From: an uncultured delta proteobacterium
GTDB taxonomy: Bacteria > Desulfobacterota > Desulfobacteria > Desulfobacterales > Desulfosalsimonadaceae
Length of the DNA stretch: 64,000 bases
NCBI GenBank assembly: GCA_963826785.1
Contig: CAWGYD010000010.1
Coordinates: 64,001 to 128,000 of the forward strand
Direction: 5' to 3'
A program made the translations under genes and the position numbers. The notes beneath the pieces were generated by a model. That model was given only the letters and a program-made list of their open reading frames with translations. It did no database searches and was not told the DNA's origin. This document shows positions 52,358 to 62,745 of this stretch, one piece after another (position 1 is the first letter of the stretch; every line of letters begins with the position of its first letter).

Positions 52358-53272
52358 ATGTCTGCAAATATACAGCGCATGAATATCAACTGCCTTGAGA
52401 TCATCGACAACATACCGATTGGCGTCTACTTCACCGACTGCAGCCGAAAAATCACCTTCTGGAACCGGCATGCCGAAAATATCACCGGATATCTGTCCGC
52501 CGAAGTCGTTGGGTGCCATTGCCACGATAATATCCTGATGCATATCGATGAAAACGGGGACGGCCTGTGCAATGGATTGTGCCCGCTGGCCATGACCATC
52601 GAAGACGGCATCCTCCGGGAGGCCCAGGTGTTCCTCCGCCATAAGCAGGGCCACCGCAAGATTGTCCGGGTGCACACCTTTCAGCTCAAGGATGATCAGG
52701 GGAAGGTGGTGGGCGCCGCCGAGTTTTTTATGGATATCAGCCTGTTTTCCGAAATCGAACGGCGCGCCAAAGAACTTGAAAAAATCGCCTACATGGACGG
52801 TCTGACCCAGCTGCCGAACCGGGAGCATGTCGAGTCAAAACTCAAGGCCCTGATCCAGGAGCATCAGCGATACGGAATGAAGTTTGCCGTATTTTTCATC
52901 GACATCGACCATTTCAAGCAATTCAATGACACCTATGGACATGAAGCCGGAGATCGTGTTCTAAAAACCATTGCAGCCACCTTCCGCTCCGCATCGCGTC
53001 CATTCGATTTGTTCGGCAGGTGGGGCGGTGAGGAGTTTGTGGGTCTCATCCGGCATATTGATTCGGATACCATGGCTCAAGTGGGACGCCGCTACCGGAA
53101 GCTGATCGAGAAATCGAGCATCGATATAGATGGGAAATCTATCCACATTACCATATCCATTGGCGGAACCCTGGCCCTTAAGACCGATACCATCGAATCC
53201 GTCATCCGGCGGGCCGACCGGCTGATGTATCAAAGCAAGCAGAAAGGCCGCAATTGTCTGACCACGGATTAA
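52358..53272 (+). CDS. PAS-GGDEF diguanylate cyclase
   Basis: PAS domain; DGLTQLPNR, DIDHFKQFNDTYGHEAGD, RPFD I-site, GGEEF. Confidence 0.93.
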   Translation: MSANIQRMNINCLEIIDNIPIGVYFTDCSRKITFWNRHAENITGYLSAEVVGCHCHDNILMHIDENGDGLCNGLCPLAMTIEDGILREAQVFLRHKQGHRKIVRVHTFQLKDDQGKVVGAAEFFMDISLFSEIERRAKELEKIAYMDGLTQLPNREHVESKLKALIQEHQRYGMKFAVFFIDIDHFKQFNDTYGHEAGDRVLKTIAATFRSASRPFDLFGRWGGEEFVGLIRHIDSDTMAQVGRRYRKLIEKSSIDIDGKSIHITISIGGTLALKTDTIESVIRRADRLMYQSKQKGRNCLTTD

Positions 53273-53309
53273 GCGCCGGATGGCGTTAACCTGAAAAAGG
53301 CGATTTACA

Positions 53310-54314
53310 TTGCTGTATCACTTGCAACAGATCACGAAATCTTACAACGGGGCCACGGTTTTGGATATTCCGGAACTCACCCTGCAGGCCGGGCGGATTT
53401 ATGCCTTGGCCGGCCCGAACGGAGCGGGCAAAACCACCCTTTTGCATATTCTCGGTTTTCTGATACCGCCAAGCTCCGGAACAATCGATTTTGCGAATCT
53501 GCCCGTCCGGTTTAGCGACCATCACCTGATGCCGCTCAGGAAACGGGTGGTGCTGGTGGAACAAAGCCCGATTCTATTTTCCAACACCGTTGGCGAAAAC
53601 ATCGGATTTGGCTTGAAAATGCGCGGGTTTGCCAAATCCGACCGCAATGGGATGATCGAATCGATGCTCGAACTGGTGGGCATGACCCGGTTCAAGGGGG
53701 CGGATGCGCGATTTCTATCCGGCGGCGAAACCCGTCGGGTGGCCATCGCACGGGCCCTTGCCTGCAATCCCGAAGTGCTTCTCCTTGATGAACCCACCGC
53801 CGACCTGGATCCGGAAAATCAGGTGGCCATCGAGCGGATTATCCGGATGATCCACCATGAAAAAAACATTACCATTGTCCTGTGCACCCACAATCAGCTG
53901 CAAGCCGCCCGGCTGACCCGGGATCAAATCTGCCTGATGGGTGGCCGACTGACCGATACGGTTTATGAAAACAGGTTCAACGGCGAGCGGATATATGAAA
54001 ACAACCGCTGTTTTTACCGGATCGCCGAAAATGTATTGATCCCGGCGGATGCACAGGATAAGAACAAAATGACCCGGGTGTCCATATCGCCCAGAAGCAT
54101 TAAATTCGCGGCTCCGGAAGATGCCGGGGCTTGTCCGGCATATGATGCCAGGGTCATTCAGATGACGGAAGAAGGTGAGCATATCAAGGCCATCATCGAT
54201 GTGGGGGTTTTCATGCATATGCTGATGACCCGAAACGAGTATCGAAATCTGACGGTGCGGGTGGGAGACCGGGTGCGGGTCTGCATTCAGCCGGCGGGCA
54301 TAACACAGCTATGA
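53310..54314 (+). CDS. ABC transporter ATP-binding subunit with TOBE domain (tungstate/molybdate TupC-like)
   Basis: GPNGAGKT, LSGGE, LLLDEP, C-terminal TOBE-like strands. Confidence 0.8.
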   Translation: MLYHLQQITKSYNGATVLDIPELTLQAGRIYALAGPNGAGKTTLLHILGFLIPPSSGTIDFANLPVRFSDHHLMPLRKRVVLVEQSPILFSNTVGENIGFGLKMRGFAKSDRNGMIESMLELVGMTRFKGADARFLSGGETRRVAIARALACNPEVLLLDEPTADLDPENQVAIERIIRMIHHEKNITIVLCTHNQLQAARLTRDQICLMGGRLTDTVYENRFNGERIYENNRCFYRIAENVLIPADAQDKNKMTRVSISPRSIKFAAPEDAGACPAYDARVIQMTEEGEHIKAIIDVGVFMHMLMTRNEYRNLTVRVGDRVRVCIQPAGITQL

Positions 54315-54318
54315 GTGG

Positions 54319-55089
54319 GTGGGGATGACAGTTTCGGGAAACAACGGTCCAAAACCTTCAACTGATAAAATTGCCGTTATTTCGGATATTCACGGGAACG
54401 CAACGGCACTCAGCGCCGTTTTAAGCGATATCGACGCCCAGAAAATCCGGCAGGTGATCAGTCTCGGGGATAATATCGGGTACGGACCTGAACCGGAAAA
54501 GGTGGTTCAGCTCATCCGGGATCGTAAAATTCCATCCGTTATGGGAAACCATGAACTGGCCATCAGCAATCCCGAATTTCTGGCCTGGTTCAATCCGGTG
54601 GCCCGCACTTCTCTGGAAAAAACCAAGACCCTGATCAGTGCAGATACCATCGACTATGTTTCCGGGCTACCCAACAGCCGGGTCATCAAAGACTGCCGGT
54701 TTGTCCACGGATTCCCGCCCGAATCCCCCACCCAGTATCTTTTCGAAATGCCCGAAGAAAAAACAATTGAGGCACTGACCGAATTAGCGGAGCGGATCTG
54801 TTTTATCGGGCACACCCACGAATTGCTCCTGATTGGTTATAATGGCGCCGAACTGCTCCGTCAGCCCCTTAAACGGGGGGAATATCCGCTTCAGCAGAAT
54901 TTTACGTATATCGTCAATGCGGGATCAGTGGGCCAGCCCCGGGACGGAGACAGCCATGCCAAGTACGTCATCTGGGACATGGCCGCAGAGGTGCTGGAAG
55001 TCCGGTATGTTCTCTACGATATCGCCGATACGGTCCAGAAAATCTACCAGGCCGGACTCCCGGAGCAGCATGCCTGGCGCCTGATGTAA
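54319..55089 (+). CDS. Calcineurin-like metallophosphoesterase
   Basis: SDIHGN, LGD..GYG, GNHE, VHG, GHTH, NAGSVGQPRD. Confidence 0.9.
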   Translation: MGMTVSGNNGPKPSTDKIAVISDIHGNATALSAVLSDIDAQKIRQVISLGDNIGYGPEPEKVVQLIRDRKIPSVMGNHELAISNPEFLAWFNPVARTSLEKTKTLISADTIDYVSGLPNSRVIKDCRFVHGFPPESPTQYLFEMPEEKTIEALTELAERICFIGHTHELLLIGYNGAELLRQPLKRGEYPLQQNFTYIVNAGSVGQPRDGDSHAKYVIWDMAAEVLEVRYVLYDIADTVQKIYQAGLPEQHAWRLM

Positions 55090-55225
55090 TCAGACCGGAC
55101 CGCAAAAGCGCATTTTCAGTCCCCCCCCGCATACTTGAGACTTTCGACCCTCACACTCACAATGCCCCAGCCGTATCTTGGACCCGAACGGCAGCTTTTA
55201 ACAGGCATAACGCTGGACAAAGGCA

Positions 55226-55924
55226 TTACGGATTTGCCTTGACCACCAGTTTCTGCCCCACCTGAATATTGCTGTCTTTGAGATTGTTTATTTCCTTGAG
55301 TGCATTGACGCTGGTGCCGTAGGTCTGGGCGATCCGGAAGAGGGTTTCTCCTTTGCGCACTTCATGATACGTCATCTGCTGCGATCCCGCCGGCTTGGGG
55401 GCTGCAGGCAAGGCTGCGGCCTTCACGATTTCAGGCTTTGCCGTTTTCGGCGGGGTTACGGCCGGCGCCGAGGCGACGGGACGTTCGGCAACGGCCTTTG
55501 CCGGGGTCAACTTCGCCTGCTTGATCTGGGTTTCGAGCGATTCGGTTCTTTTGGCCACGTCAGAGATCACCTCGGCATTGGATTTGATCCAGTTGACCAA
55601 TTGCTGATACTCAACGGAATTTTTCGGATCCATCCATTGCTGCCCCCCTGAATCCCTGAGCTCCTTGATATACTGCTCCATCACCCCGATCCGCTGTTCC
55701 ATGGAGTCCACCTGCTGCAGCAGGGCCGCGTCTCCGGAATTGCTTTCGGGTTGCGTTTTGGGATTGAAGAAGACAAACAGGATAATCAGCACGAACAGCC
55801 CGATGCCCATGAATATATAGGGAAGCGGGTTGCGGCCCATCAGTCCGCCGGAACCGCCGGGTTTCAAAGAAGTGTAGGGTTGCTCCGCCTCGTCGTCTAT
55901 ATCCGCGTCGGTTTTCCATTCCAT
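55226..55924 (-). CDS. Membrane-anchored coiled-coil protein with C-terminal LysM domain
   Basis: One TM helix, coiled coil, Pro/Ala linker, YHEVRKGETLFRIA...IQVGQKL LysM. Confidence 0.88.
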   Translation of the reverse strand: MEWKTDADIDDEAEQPYTSLKPGGSGGLMGRNPLPYIFMGIGLFVLIILFVFFNPKTQPESNSGDAALLQQVDSMEQRIGVMEQYIKELRDSGGQQWMDPKNSVEYQQLVNWIKSNAEVISDVAKRTESLETQIKQAKLTPAKAVAERPVASAPAVTPPKTAKPEIVKAAALPAAPKPAGSQQMTYHEVRKGETLFRIAQTYGTSVNALKEINNLKDSNIQVGQKLVVKANP

Positions 55925-56176
55925 GATCGGTCCTCCAGTATTTCCGGTGAGATGATATTATCAAATGATATGATTACATTTTAAGCAGCATATGTTGATG
56001 ATCCGGTCCATCTGTCGGCCAGGCCAAAAGATGGACCTAAAATCGCATGGATTGCGGAATTAATCAATACAAACCCAATGTCTGGCCTAAGGTTTTTGAT
56101 ATGAGGTTATGAACACTTTCTTTTTTGTTTTTCAACGTCGAGGCCTTTTCATTGCCGGATTGGAGAAAATGCCGCC

Positions 56177-56205
56177 TTGACCTTATCCGGTTTATTTTTT
56201 ATATT
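56177..56205 (+). promoter_or_regulatory. Putative sigma70 promoter upstream of the 56295-63585 gene run
   Basis: TTGACC-17 bp-TATATT. Confidence 0.55.
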
Positions 56206-56294
56206 TTTGGGATTCATTTCAATTATTCTCATGAATGGCGAAAAAGCCGCCGGGGCGAAGGCGATTTGAGGCCCGGCCGAAACGCAGGATTCAG

Positions 56295-56558
56295 ATGAAA
56301 AAATATTCTCACGATTTTGTCGAAACCTATGATGGCATCGGTGCTTTTGGATGGAACAGGGAATCCGATGAAGATACCCTGGTATGTTATCTGCAGATGT
56401 TTTCGGATGATGAATTGATGAAAACCCTTAAAAAGCGCATGACCGATCCGGAACTCGAAGAAGTTTACACCCTGATCAACCGCCTGCTCAAAAATCACCT
56501 CAAAGATGCGGAATACCACCGGCTCTTTTTAAAAGAGGACCATCCCGAAACAAAATAG
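56295..56558 (+). CDS. Small hypothetical cytoplasmic protein (87 aa)
   Basis: ATG with AGGA RBS; helical acidic protein; co-oriented with the aminopeptidase. Confidence 0.7.
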   Translation: MKKYSHDFVETYDGIGAFGWNRESDEDTLVCYLQMFSDDELMKTLKKRMTDPELEEVYTLINRLLKNHLKDAEYHRLFLKEDHPETK

Positions 56559-56613
56559 CGTTTCATCCGGTCCGCTTTAAACCGGGCTGGAACAACGAGA
56601 CAGGAGACTGACC

Positions 56614-57813
56614 ATGCTTACGGCAAAACAGCTTCAGCGATATGCGGACATCCTGCTGTGGGGCCTGAAGACTGCCCGGGCCGGACAGATCAAAAAAAAC
56701 GACATCATTATGATCCGCTATGATCTGCTGGCGATCCGCCTGGTGGAAATCCTGCATGAAAAACTCATCAAGATGGGCCTTCAACCGGTCCACCGGCTTC
56801 TGCAGACGCCTGTCATGGAAAAAAATTTCTACCGGTTGTCCTCCCCGCGGCAATTGTCATTCATCCCCCCCGGGGAAGAGGAGCTGTTTAATCACTTAAA
56901 CGGCAGCATCGCCATTTTGGCGCCTGAATCCCTGACCCATCTGAGCGGGATCGATCCCGGCAAAATCGCCAAGCCGGTCAAGGCGCGAAAGTACCTGCGG
57001 GACCTGCTGGACCGAAGAGAAGAAGAGGGGCAGTTCAGCTGGACCCTGGCCATGTACCCCACCGCGGCCCTGGCGGAGCATGCCGGACTTTCCATCGAGG
57101 ATTACACCCGGCAGATCGTGGGCGCCTGTTTTTTAAACCGCCAGGACCCCATCGCCCAATGGACCTCCATTTACAAAAATGCGCAGACCATCAAGAAATG
57201 GCTCAACCAGATGAGCGTAAAATTTTTTCACATCGAGTCCGACCATGTGGATCTAAAAATCACGCCGGGCAAGAACCGGAAATGGATCGGCATTTCCGGC
57301 CACAATATTCCCAGCTTCGAAATTTTCATATCCCCCGACTGGCGCGGCACCGAAGGCACCTATTATGCGGATCAGCCATCCTACCGCAGCGGCAACTACG
57401 TGCGGGGCATCACCATCCGGTTCAAGAACGGCAAGGCGGTTTCGGCCACGGCCGTTGAAGGCGAGCTTTTTTTGAAAAAGCAGCTGAACATGGACAGCGG
57501 CGCCAACAAACTCGGAGAATTCTCTCTGACCGACCGGCGGTTTTCCAAAATCAACCAGTTCATGGCCAATACGCTGTTTGATGAAAACTTCGGCGGCAGC
57601 AACGGAAACTGCCACGTGGCTCTCGGCTCTTCCTATTCCGACACCTATGACGGCAATCCATCCGAGTTGACCCGGGAAATGAAAAAAGATCTGGGATTCA
57701 ATGATTCGGCGCTCCACTGGGACATCGTCAACACGGAAAACAAGCGGGTGACCGCCCACCTGCTCACCGGTGAGAAGACGGTCATCTACGAAAACGGCAG
57801 CTTCACCTATTGA
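56614..57813 (+). CDS. Aminopeptidase, M29 (AmpS/PepS) family
   Basis: NIPSFEIF.SP, LGEFSL, NTLFDEN, CHVALG, SALHWD. Confidence 0.9.
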   Translation: MLTAKQLQRYADILLWGLKTARAGQIKKNDIIMIRYDLLAIRLVEILHEKLIKMGLQPVHRLLQTPVMEKNFYRLSSPRQLSFIPPGEEELFNHLNGSIAILAPESLTHLSGIDPGKIAKPVKARKYLRDLLDRREEEGQFSWTLAMYPTAALAEHAGLSIEDYTRQIVGACFLNRQDPIAQWTSIYKNAQTIKKWLNQMSVKFFHIESDHVDLKITPGKNRKWIGISGHNIPSFEIFISPDWRGTEGTYYADQPSYRSGNYVRGITIRFKNGKAVSATAVEGELFLKKQLNMDSGANKLGEFSLTDRRFSKINQFMANTLFDENFGGSNGNCHVALGSSYSDTYDGNPSELTREMKKDLGFNDSALHWDIVNTENKRVTAHLLTGEKTVIYENGSFTY

Positions 57814-57887
57814 TGGCGGCATTGTTGCCTTCCATCCATAATTTGGCCTTTCAAAATCTTTCTTTGACCACATAGACGCTTACGCAT

Positions 57888-59156
57888 TTGAAATCCATCG
57901 ACACCGCCATCATAAAAAGGCCGCTTCTGCTTGAAAATCCTGTCCAGCCCTATGCATGGGGGTCCTTTTCCGCCATTCAGGCGCTGACCGGCAGCACGGA
58001 AACGAACACCCCGTGGGCCGAACTGTGGATGGGGGCCCACCCCAAGGCGCCCTCGATGGTGGCCATCGGCGGCGAATGGATAGCGCTTGACCAACTGGTC
58101 CGGCAGCACCCGGAAGTGATCCTGGGCACGGCTTCGGCAAACAGGTTTGACGGGACCTTCCCTTTTTTATTCAAGGTGCTGGCGGCCGCAGCCCCGCTGT
58201 CCATCCAGGCCCACCCGAACCGGCGCCAGGCGGCCAGCGGATTTGACCGCGAAAACAAGCAGCGGGTCCCGCTTGATTCCCCAGGGCGAAATTACCGGGA
58301 CCCGTATCACAAGCCCGAGATCATCTGCGCCTTAAACCGCTTTACCGCGTTGAAGGGCTTCAGACCCGTCACGGAAATGAGGGACTGGCTGCAGACATTT
58401 TGCCCCTTTGGATTGGCCGATGAAATCAAAATGCTCATGTCTGATGGTGAAAATGGTCTCCGGCGGTTCTTTGCCACCCTGCTGACGCTTCCGGAAGCAC
58501 GGAAATTGAAAATCATCGGCGAGGCGTTGGGGCATGCCCGTGAAAGCGGCACAGATACACTGGAAGGCGGCTGGATCAACCGCCTCTATGATCAATATCC
58601 TGAAGATATCGGCATCCTTTCACCTGCCCTGTTAAACCTGATCGAACTTGAACCCGGCCAGGCGCTTTTTCTTCCGGCCGGCGAACTGCATGCCTATCTC
58701 GACGGCGTGGGCATTGAACTGATGGCCAATTCGGATAATGTCCTGCGGGGGGGGCTGACCCCCAAACACATCGATGTCGAAGAACTCATGGATGTCCTTA
58801 ATTTTTCGCCGTCTGCAACCCGCATACTGACGCCTGCCGCCCGGAGCGCGGCCGAGCGTGTCTATCCGGTCTGTGCCGAAGCGTTTTTCCTCTCCGTCAT
58901 CTCGGTTTCCGAAGACGTTGTCTTTGATTCGTCATCCGGGCGCGGTGTGGAAATTCTGCTTTGCATCGAGGGGCAGGGGCAAATCCGGTATGGGTCGGGT
59001 GATGCCCCGCTGACGTTATCGAAGGGGGCCGCCGCCCTGATTCCCGCGGCCTCTCCGCCCTACCGAATCACCGGAGATGCTCACATCTACAAGGCGGCGG
59101 TTCCAAATTCCGTCAAATTCGATGAGCGTTTAGACGACCTGGAGATGATATGCTGA
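57888..59156 (+). CDS. manA: Mannose-6-phosphate isomerase, class I
   Basis: YAWGS, AELWMGAHP, PFLFKVL, LSIQAHP, HKPE, HAYL, MANSDNVLRGGLT. Confidence 0.96.
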   Translation: MKSIDTAIIKRPLLLENPVQPYAWGSFSAIQALTGSTETNTPWAELWMGAHPKAPSMVAIGGEWIALDQLVRQHPEVILGTASANRFDGTFPFLFKVLAAAAPLSIQAHPNRRQAASGFDRENKQRVPLDSPGRNYRDPYHKPEIICALNRFTALKGFRPVTEMRDWLQTFCPFGLADEIKMLMSDGENGLRRFFATLLTLPEARKLKIIGEALGHARESGTDTLEGGWINRLYDQYPEDIGILSPALLNLIELEPGQALFLPAGELHAYLDGVGIELMANSDNVLRGGLTPKHIDVEELMDVLNFSPSATRILTPAARSAAERVYPVCAEAFFLSVISVSEDVVFDSSSGRGVEILLCIEGQGQIRYGSGDAPLTLSKGAAALIPAASPPYRITGDAHIYKAAVPNSVKFDERLDDLEMIC

Positions 59157-59791
59157 AGGTCAATGAGATATTTTACAGCATCCAGGGCGAATCCCTGTAC
59201 GCCGGATTTCCCTGCGCCTTTGTCCGGCTGGCCGGGTGCAACCTGAGGTGCAGCTACTGCGACACCGCCTATGCCTATTCTGATTCTACAGAGATGTCCA
59301 TCGAGGAGATCATCGACCGCATCGAATCCTTTGCCTGCCGACTGGTGGAAATCACCGGAGGGGAGCCCCTGCTCCAAAAAGACACCCCGGCGCTTACTGC
59401 AGCCATGCTCGATCGCGGGCATACCGTGCTCATGGAGACCAACGGCAGCCGGGATATCTCCCCGGTGGATGAGCGCTGCATCCGCATCGTGGACATGAAA
59501 TGCCCGGGAAGCAATCAAAGCGAAAAAAACGACTACGGCAACTTAAAACAGCTGACCGAAAGGGACCAGATCAAATTCGTCATTTCAGACCGCGCCGATT
59601 ACGATTTTGCCATCCGATTGATCCAAACCGAAGGAATCGATGCGCTGCACCAGACCATTTTGTTTTCGCCGGTTCACGGAAGACTGGCCCCCGCCCTTCT
59701 GGCCGACTGGATCCTTGAAGACCGATTGCATGTCCGTCTTCACCTGCAGCTGCATAAACTGCTGTGGCCCGGAAAAGACAGGGGAAGATAA
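59150..59791 (+). CDS. queE: 7-carboxy-7-deazaguanine synthase (radical SAM)
   Basis: [40 protein letters not shown]. Confidence 0.95.
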   Translation: MLKVNEIFYSIQGESLYAGFPCAFVRLAGCNLRCSYCDTAYAYSDSTEMSIEEIIDRIESFACRLVEITGGEPLLQKDTPALTAAMLDRGHTVLMETNGSRDISPVDERCIRIVDMKCPGSNQSEKNDYGNLKQLTERDQIKFVISDRADYDFAIRLIQTEGIDALHQTILFSPVHGRLAPALLADWILEDRLHVRLHLQLHKLLWPGKDRGR

Positions 59792-59799
59792 TTACACAC

Positions 59800-60498
59800 A
59801 TGGATGACACGAAAAAAGCCATCGTTCTGCTCAGCGGCGGATTGGATTCCACCACCGCCCTTGCCGTGGCTAAATCCGAGGGTTTTGCCTGCTACGGGCT
59901 CAGTTTTGACTACGGCCAGCGGCATCGGACGGAACTGGACGCGGCAGGAAAAATCGCTGAACGACTGGGGGTCTTGCGGCACCTGGTGATGCAACTCGAT
60001 TTCACCGGCATCGGGGGGTCTGCGCTCACCGATGCCATCGACGTGCCCAAATCCCGGTCCGAAGAAGAGATGACCGGAAACATTCCCGTCACCTATGTGC
60101 CGGCCCGAAACACGATTTTTTTATCCCATGCCCTGGCCTGGGCGGAAGTGCTGTGCGCATCCGACATCTTTATCGGGGTCAATGCCGTGGATTATTCCGG
60201 ATACCCGGACTGCCGTCCCGAATACATCGAGGCCTTTGAAAAAATGGCCAACCTGGCCATCAAGGCGGCGGTGGAAAATACCCTTTCCATCCGCATCCGC
60301 ACGCCTTTGCTGCGTCTGAGCAAGGCCGATATCATCCGCAAAGGAGCGGCCCTGGGGGTGGATTATTCAATGACCCGCAGCTGTTATGATCCCGATGCGC
60401 AGGGTCGGGCCTGCGGACTTTGCGACAGCTGTCTGCTGCGCAAAAAAGGGTTCAAAGAAGCCAATATTCCCGACCCCACCCGGTATATGCCCCAATGA
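59800..60498 (+). CDS. queC: 7-cyano-7-deazaguanine synthase
   Basis: LSGGLDS, YGQRH, TYVPARN, GYPDCR, SCY...CGLCDSC. Confidence 0.96.
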   Translation: MDDTKKAIVLLSGGLDSTTALAVAKSEGFACYGLSFDYGQRHRTELDAAGKIAERLGVLRHLVMQLDFTGIGGSALTDAIDVPKSRSEEEMTGNIPVTYVPARNTIFLSHALAWAEVLCASDIFIGVNAVDYSGYPDCRPEYIEAFEKMANLAIKAAVENTLSIRIRTPLLRLSKADIIRKGAALGVDYSMTRSCYDPDAQGRACGLCDSCLLRKKGFKEANIPDPTRYMPQ

Positions 60499-61913
60499 TT
60501 GGTAATGTCGCCATTCTGCACTATCACCTGAAGCCCGGCGGGGTCACCACGGTGATCTCCCAGCAGGTCAACGCCCTCAAGGACGATTGCAATTTGCTGC
60601 TCCTGACCGGTGAAGCCCCCAGGGAGGCCTTTCCGGTCCAGACCCGGGTGATCCCCGGCATCGGCTATGACCGGCCCGGGGCAACCCCTCAGGACCCGCG
60701 GGTGACCGCCCTTCAGATCATCGATGCGATTCAAGCCGTTTTTCCCGATGGGGTCGATGTCCTTCACGTTCACAATCCCCTTCTGGCCAAGAACCGGCAG
60801 ATGCTGGACATCCTGTCCATCCTCTCGGACAGCGGCATTCCGCTGTTCCTCCAGATCCATGATTTTGCCGAGGACGGCCGGCCCGATGTTTACTTTCGGG
60901 ACTGCGCCTACCCGGGTGACTGTCATTACGGGGTGATCAATTCCAGGGACTATGGCATCATGGATAGTGCGGGTGCGGCAAAGGGGCGCCTCCATCTCCT
61001 GCCCAACATGGTGGACCCCTTTGATCTGGTTCCGGAAAGGACCCTCTCTCCGGCCTATGTTCTCTATCCCATCCGGGCCATCCGGCGCAAAAACATCGGC
61101 GAAGCCCTGCTGCTCTCCCTGTTTTTCCCCCGGAAACAGGCCCTGTTTATCACCCTGCCGCCCAATTCCCTGCCGGACTGGACCCGGTATGCGGAATGGA
61201 AAGCCTATGTTTTGCGCAATAAATTCAATGTTCGGTTCGAGGCCACCCGGTTTCATGATTTTACCGACCTGGTGCGGTCGGCTGACGCCATGATCACCAC
61301 CAGCATCACCGAAGGATTCGGATTTGGTTTTCTGGAACCGTGGACGGCCGGCCAGGTCCTCTTCGGAAGACGGCTTCCTGCGATCTGTGCGGATTTCGAA
61401 GAAAACGCCATGCGCCTGGAGCACCTCTATGACCGCATCGACATCCCCCTTGACCGGGTCTCCTTCGACCTGTTCTTTCACAAATGGAAAAAGAGCATCC
61501 TGGCCAATGCGCAAAAGTTCGGCGTGACCATATCCGAAACCGATATCCATGATGCGGCCGACCGGATAAAGGCGCGCGGCGCTGTGGATTTCGGGCTTCT
61601 GGATGAAAATTTTCAGAAGCAGGTCTTATCCGCACTGTTGACCGACGCCGGATTCAAAGACCAGCTGCGGACCATCAACCCGAAACTGGATATGTGCTTT
61701 CGTCTAAAAGACGCAGGGGACCGGATCGCCCACAATGATCATGTGGTGCGCACAGCTTATGGCGCAGACGCCTATCGGAAAAAGCTTCTTGAGATCTATG
61801 CATCCATGAAAGCAGATGTGCCCGTAACACCGATCGACAAGCAGCAGATCGCCAGGGCCTTTCTCCTGCCCGATGCCTTCAGCCTGCTGTCCTGGAGCGA
61901 AAATGAGCATTGA
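60495..61913 (+). CDS. GT-B (GT4-like) glycosyltransferase
   Basis: [35 protein letters not shown] (E-x7-E); ATG overlaps queC stop (ATGA). Confidence 0.8.
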   Translation: MIGNVAILHYHLKPGGVTTVISQQVNALKDDCNLLLLTGEAPREAFPVQTRVIPGIGYDRPGATPQDPRVTALQIIDAIQAVFPDGVDVLHVHNPLLAKNRQMLDILSILSDSGIPLFLQIHDFAEDGRPDVYFRDCAYPGDCHYGVINSRDYGIMDSAGAAKGRLHLLPNMVDPFDLVPERTLSPAYVLYPIRAIRRKNIGEALLLSLFFPRKQALFITLPPNSLPDWTRYAEWKAYVLRNKFNVRFEATRFHDFTDLVRSADAMITTSITEGFGFGFLEPWTAGQVLFGRRLPAICADFEENAMRLEHLYDRIDIPLDRVSFDLFFHKWKKSILANAQKFGVTISETDIHDAADRIKARGAVDFGLLDENFQKQVLSALLTDAGFKDQLRTINPKLDMCFRLKDAGDRIAHNDHVVRTAYGADAYRKKLLEIYASMKADVPVTPIDKQQIARAFLLPDAFSLLSWSENEH

Positions 61914-62745
61914 AACCGTAATGGCCGCCCATGTCATCCCCATGCAGCCGGTGCCCTCCAGTGTTACGGCAAACCTCGATCTCATACGGCCCGTTCGGGC
62001 GGTTCTCTTCGATATCTATGGAACACTGTTGATCAGCGGCGCAGGGGGCATCCGGACATCCAAACGCAGCCGGGCATCTGACGAAAAGGTGGACTCGCTG
62101 CTGAAAAGATATGCAATCGATCTTTCCGCAGGGACGCTTTTTAATCAGTACATCCATGAAATCGAAGCCGCCCGTGCGAAACTCAAATCACAAGGCATCG
62201 CAAACCCGGAAGTTGACGTCGAAAGCATCTGGGCAAAGATTCTGCCGCTTTCCGATCCGTCCGTCATCCGAAACTTTGCCGCGGAATTTGAAATGCTCAC
62301 CAACCCGGTCTATCCCATGCCCGGGCTTTTGCCCATGCTCGAACATCTGCGCTCGGCCGGAGTAGTCCTGGGGCTGATTTCAAACGCCCAGTTCTTCACG
62401 CCGCACCTGTTTTCACTGTTCTGCGGCGCGCTCCCGGAACAGCTCGGTTTTTCACCTCAGCTTCTGATCTATTCCTATGAATACGGAAAGGCCAAGCCTT
62501 CCCCGCTCCTGTTTGACCTGGCCTGGGAAAACCTGGAAAAAATGGAGATCGATCCCGAATCGGTTTTATATGTGGGAAACGACCTGCGAAATGATGTCCG
62601 GTCGGCACAAGAAGTCGGGTTCATGGCCGCCCTGTTTGCCGGCGACCGGCGCTCCCTGAGGCTTCGCCAAGACGATCCGGGCTGCAAAAACATCGCGCCC
62701 GACCTGGTAATCACACATTTGGAACAACTGAAAGAGATTATCTAA
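61903..62745 (+). CDS. HAD-superfamily hydrolase
   Basis: FDIYGTL (DxY variant of motif I), ISN, KPS, VGND..ND. Confidence 0.88.
   Translation: MSIETVMAAHVIPMQPVPSSVTANLDLIRPVRAVLFDIYGTLLISGAGGIRTSKRSRASDEKVDSLLKRYAIDLSAGTLFNQYIHEIEAARAKLKSQGIANPEVDVESIWAKILPLSDPSVIRNFAAEFEMLTNPVYPMPGLLPMLEHLRSAGVVLGLISNAQFFTPHLFSLFCGALPEQLGFSPQLLIYSYEYGKAKPSPLLFDLAWENLEKMEIDPESVLYVGNDLRNDVRSAQEVGFMAALFAGDRRSLRLRQDDPGCKNIAPDLVITHLEQLKEII

Noticed and set aside
59150..60498. queE/queC as a Dpd or QatABCD defence island
   Set aside because: Both look like housekeeping-length enzymes; no dpdA, TatD or ATPase partner genes nearby.
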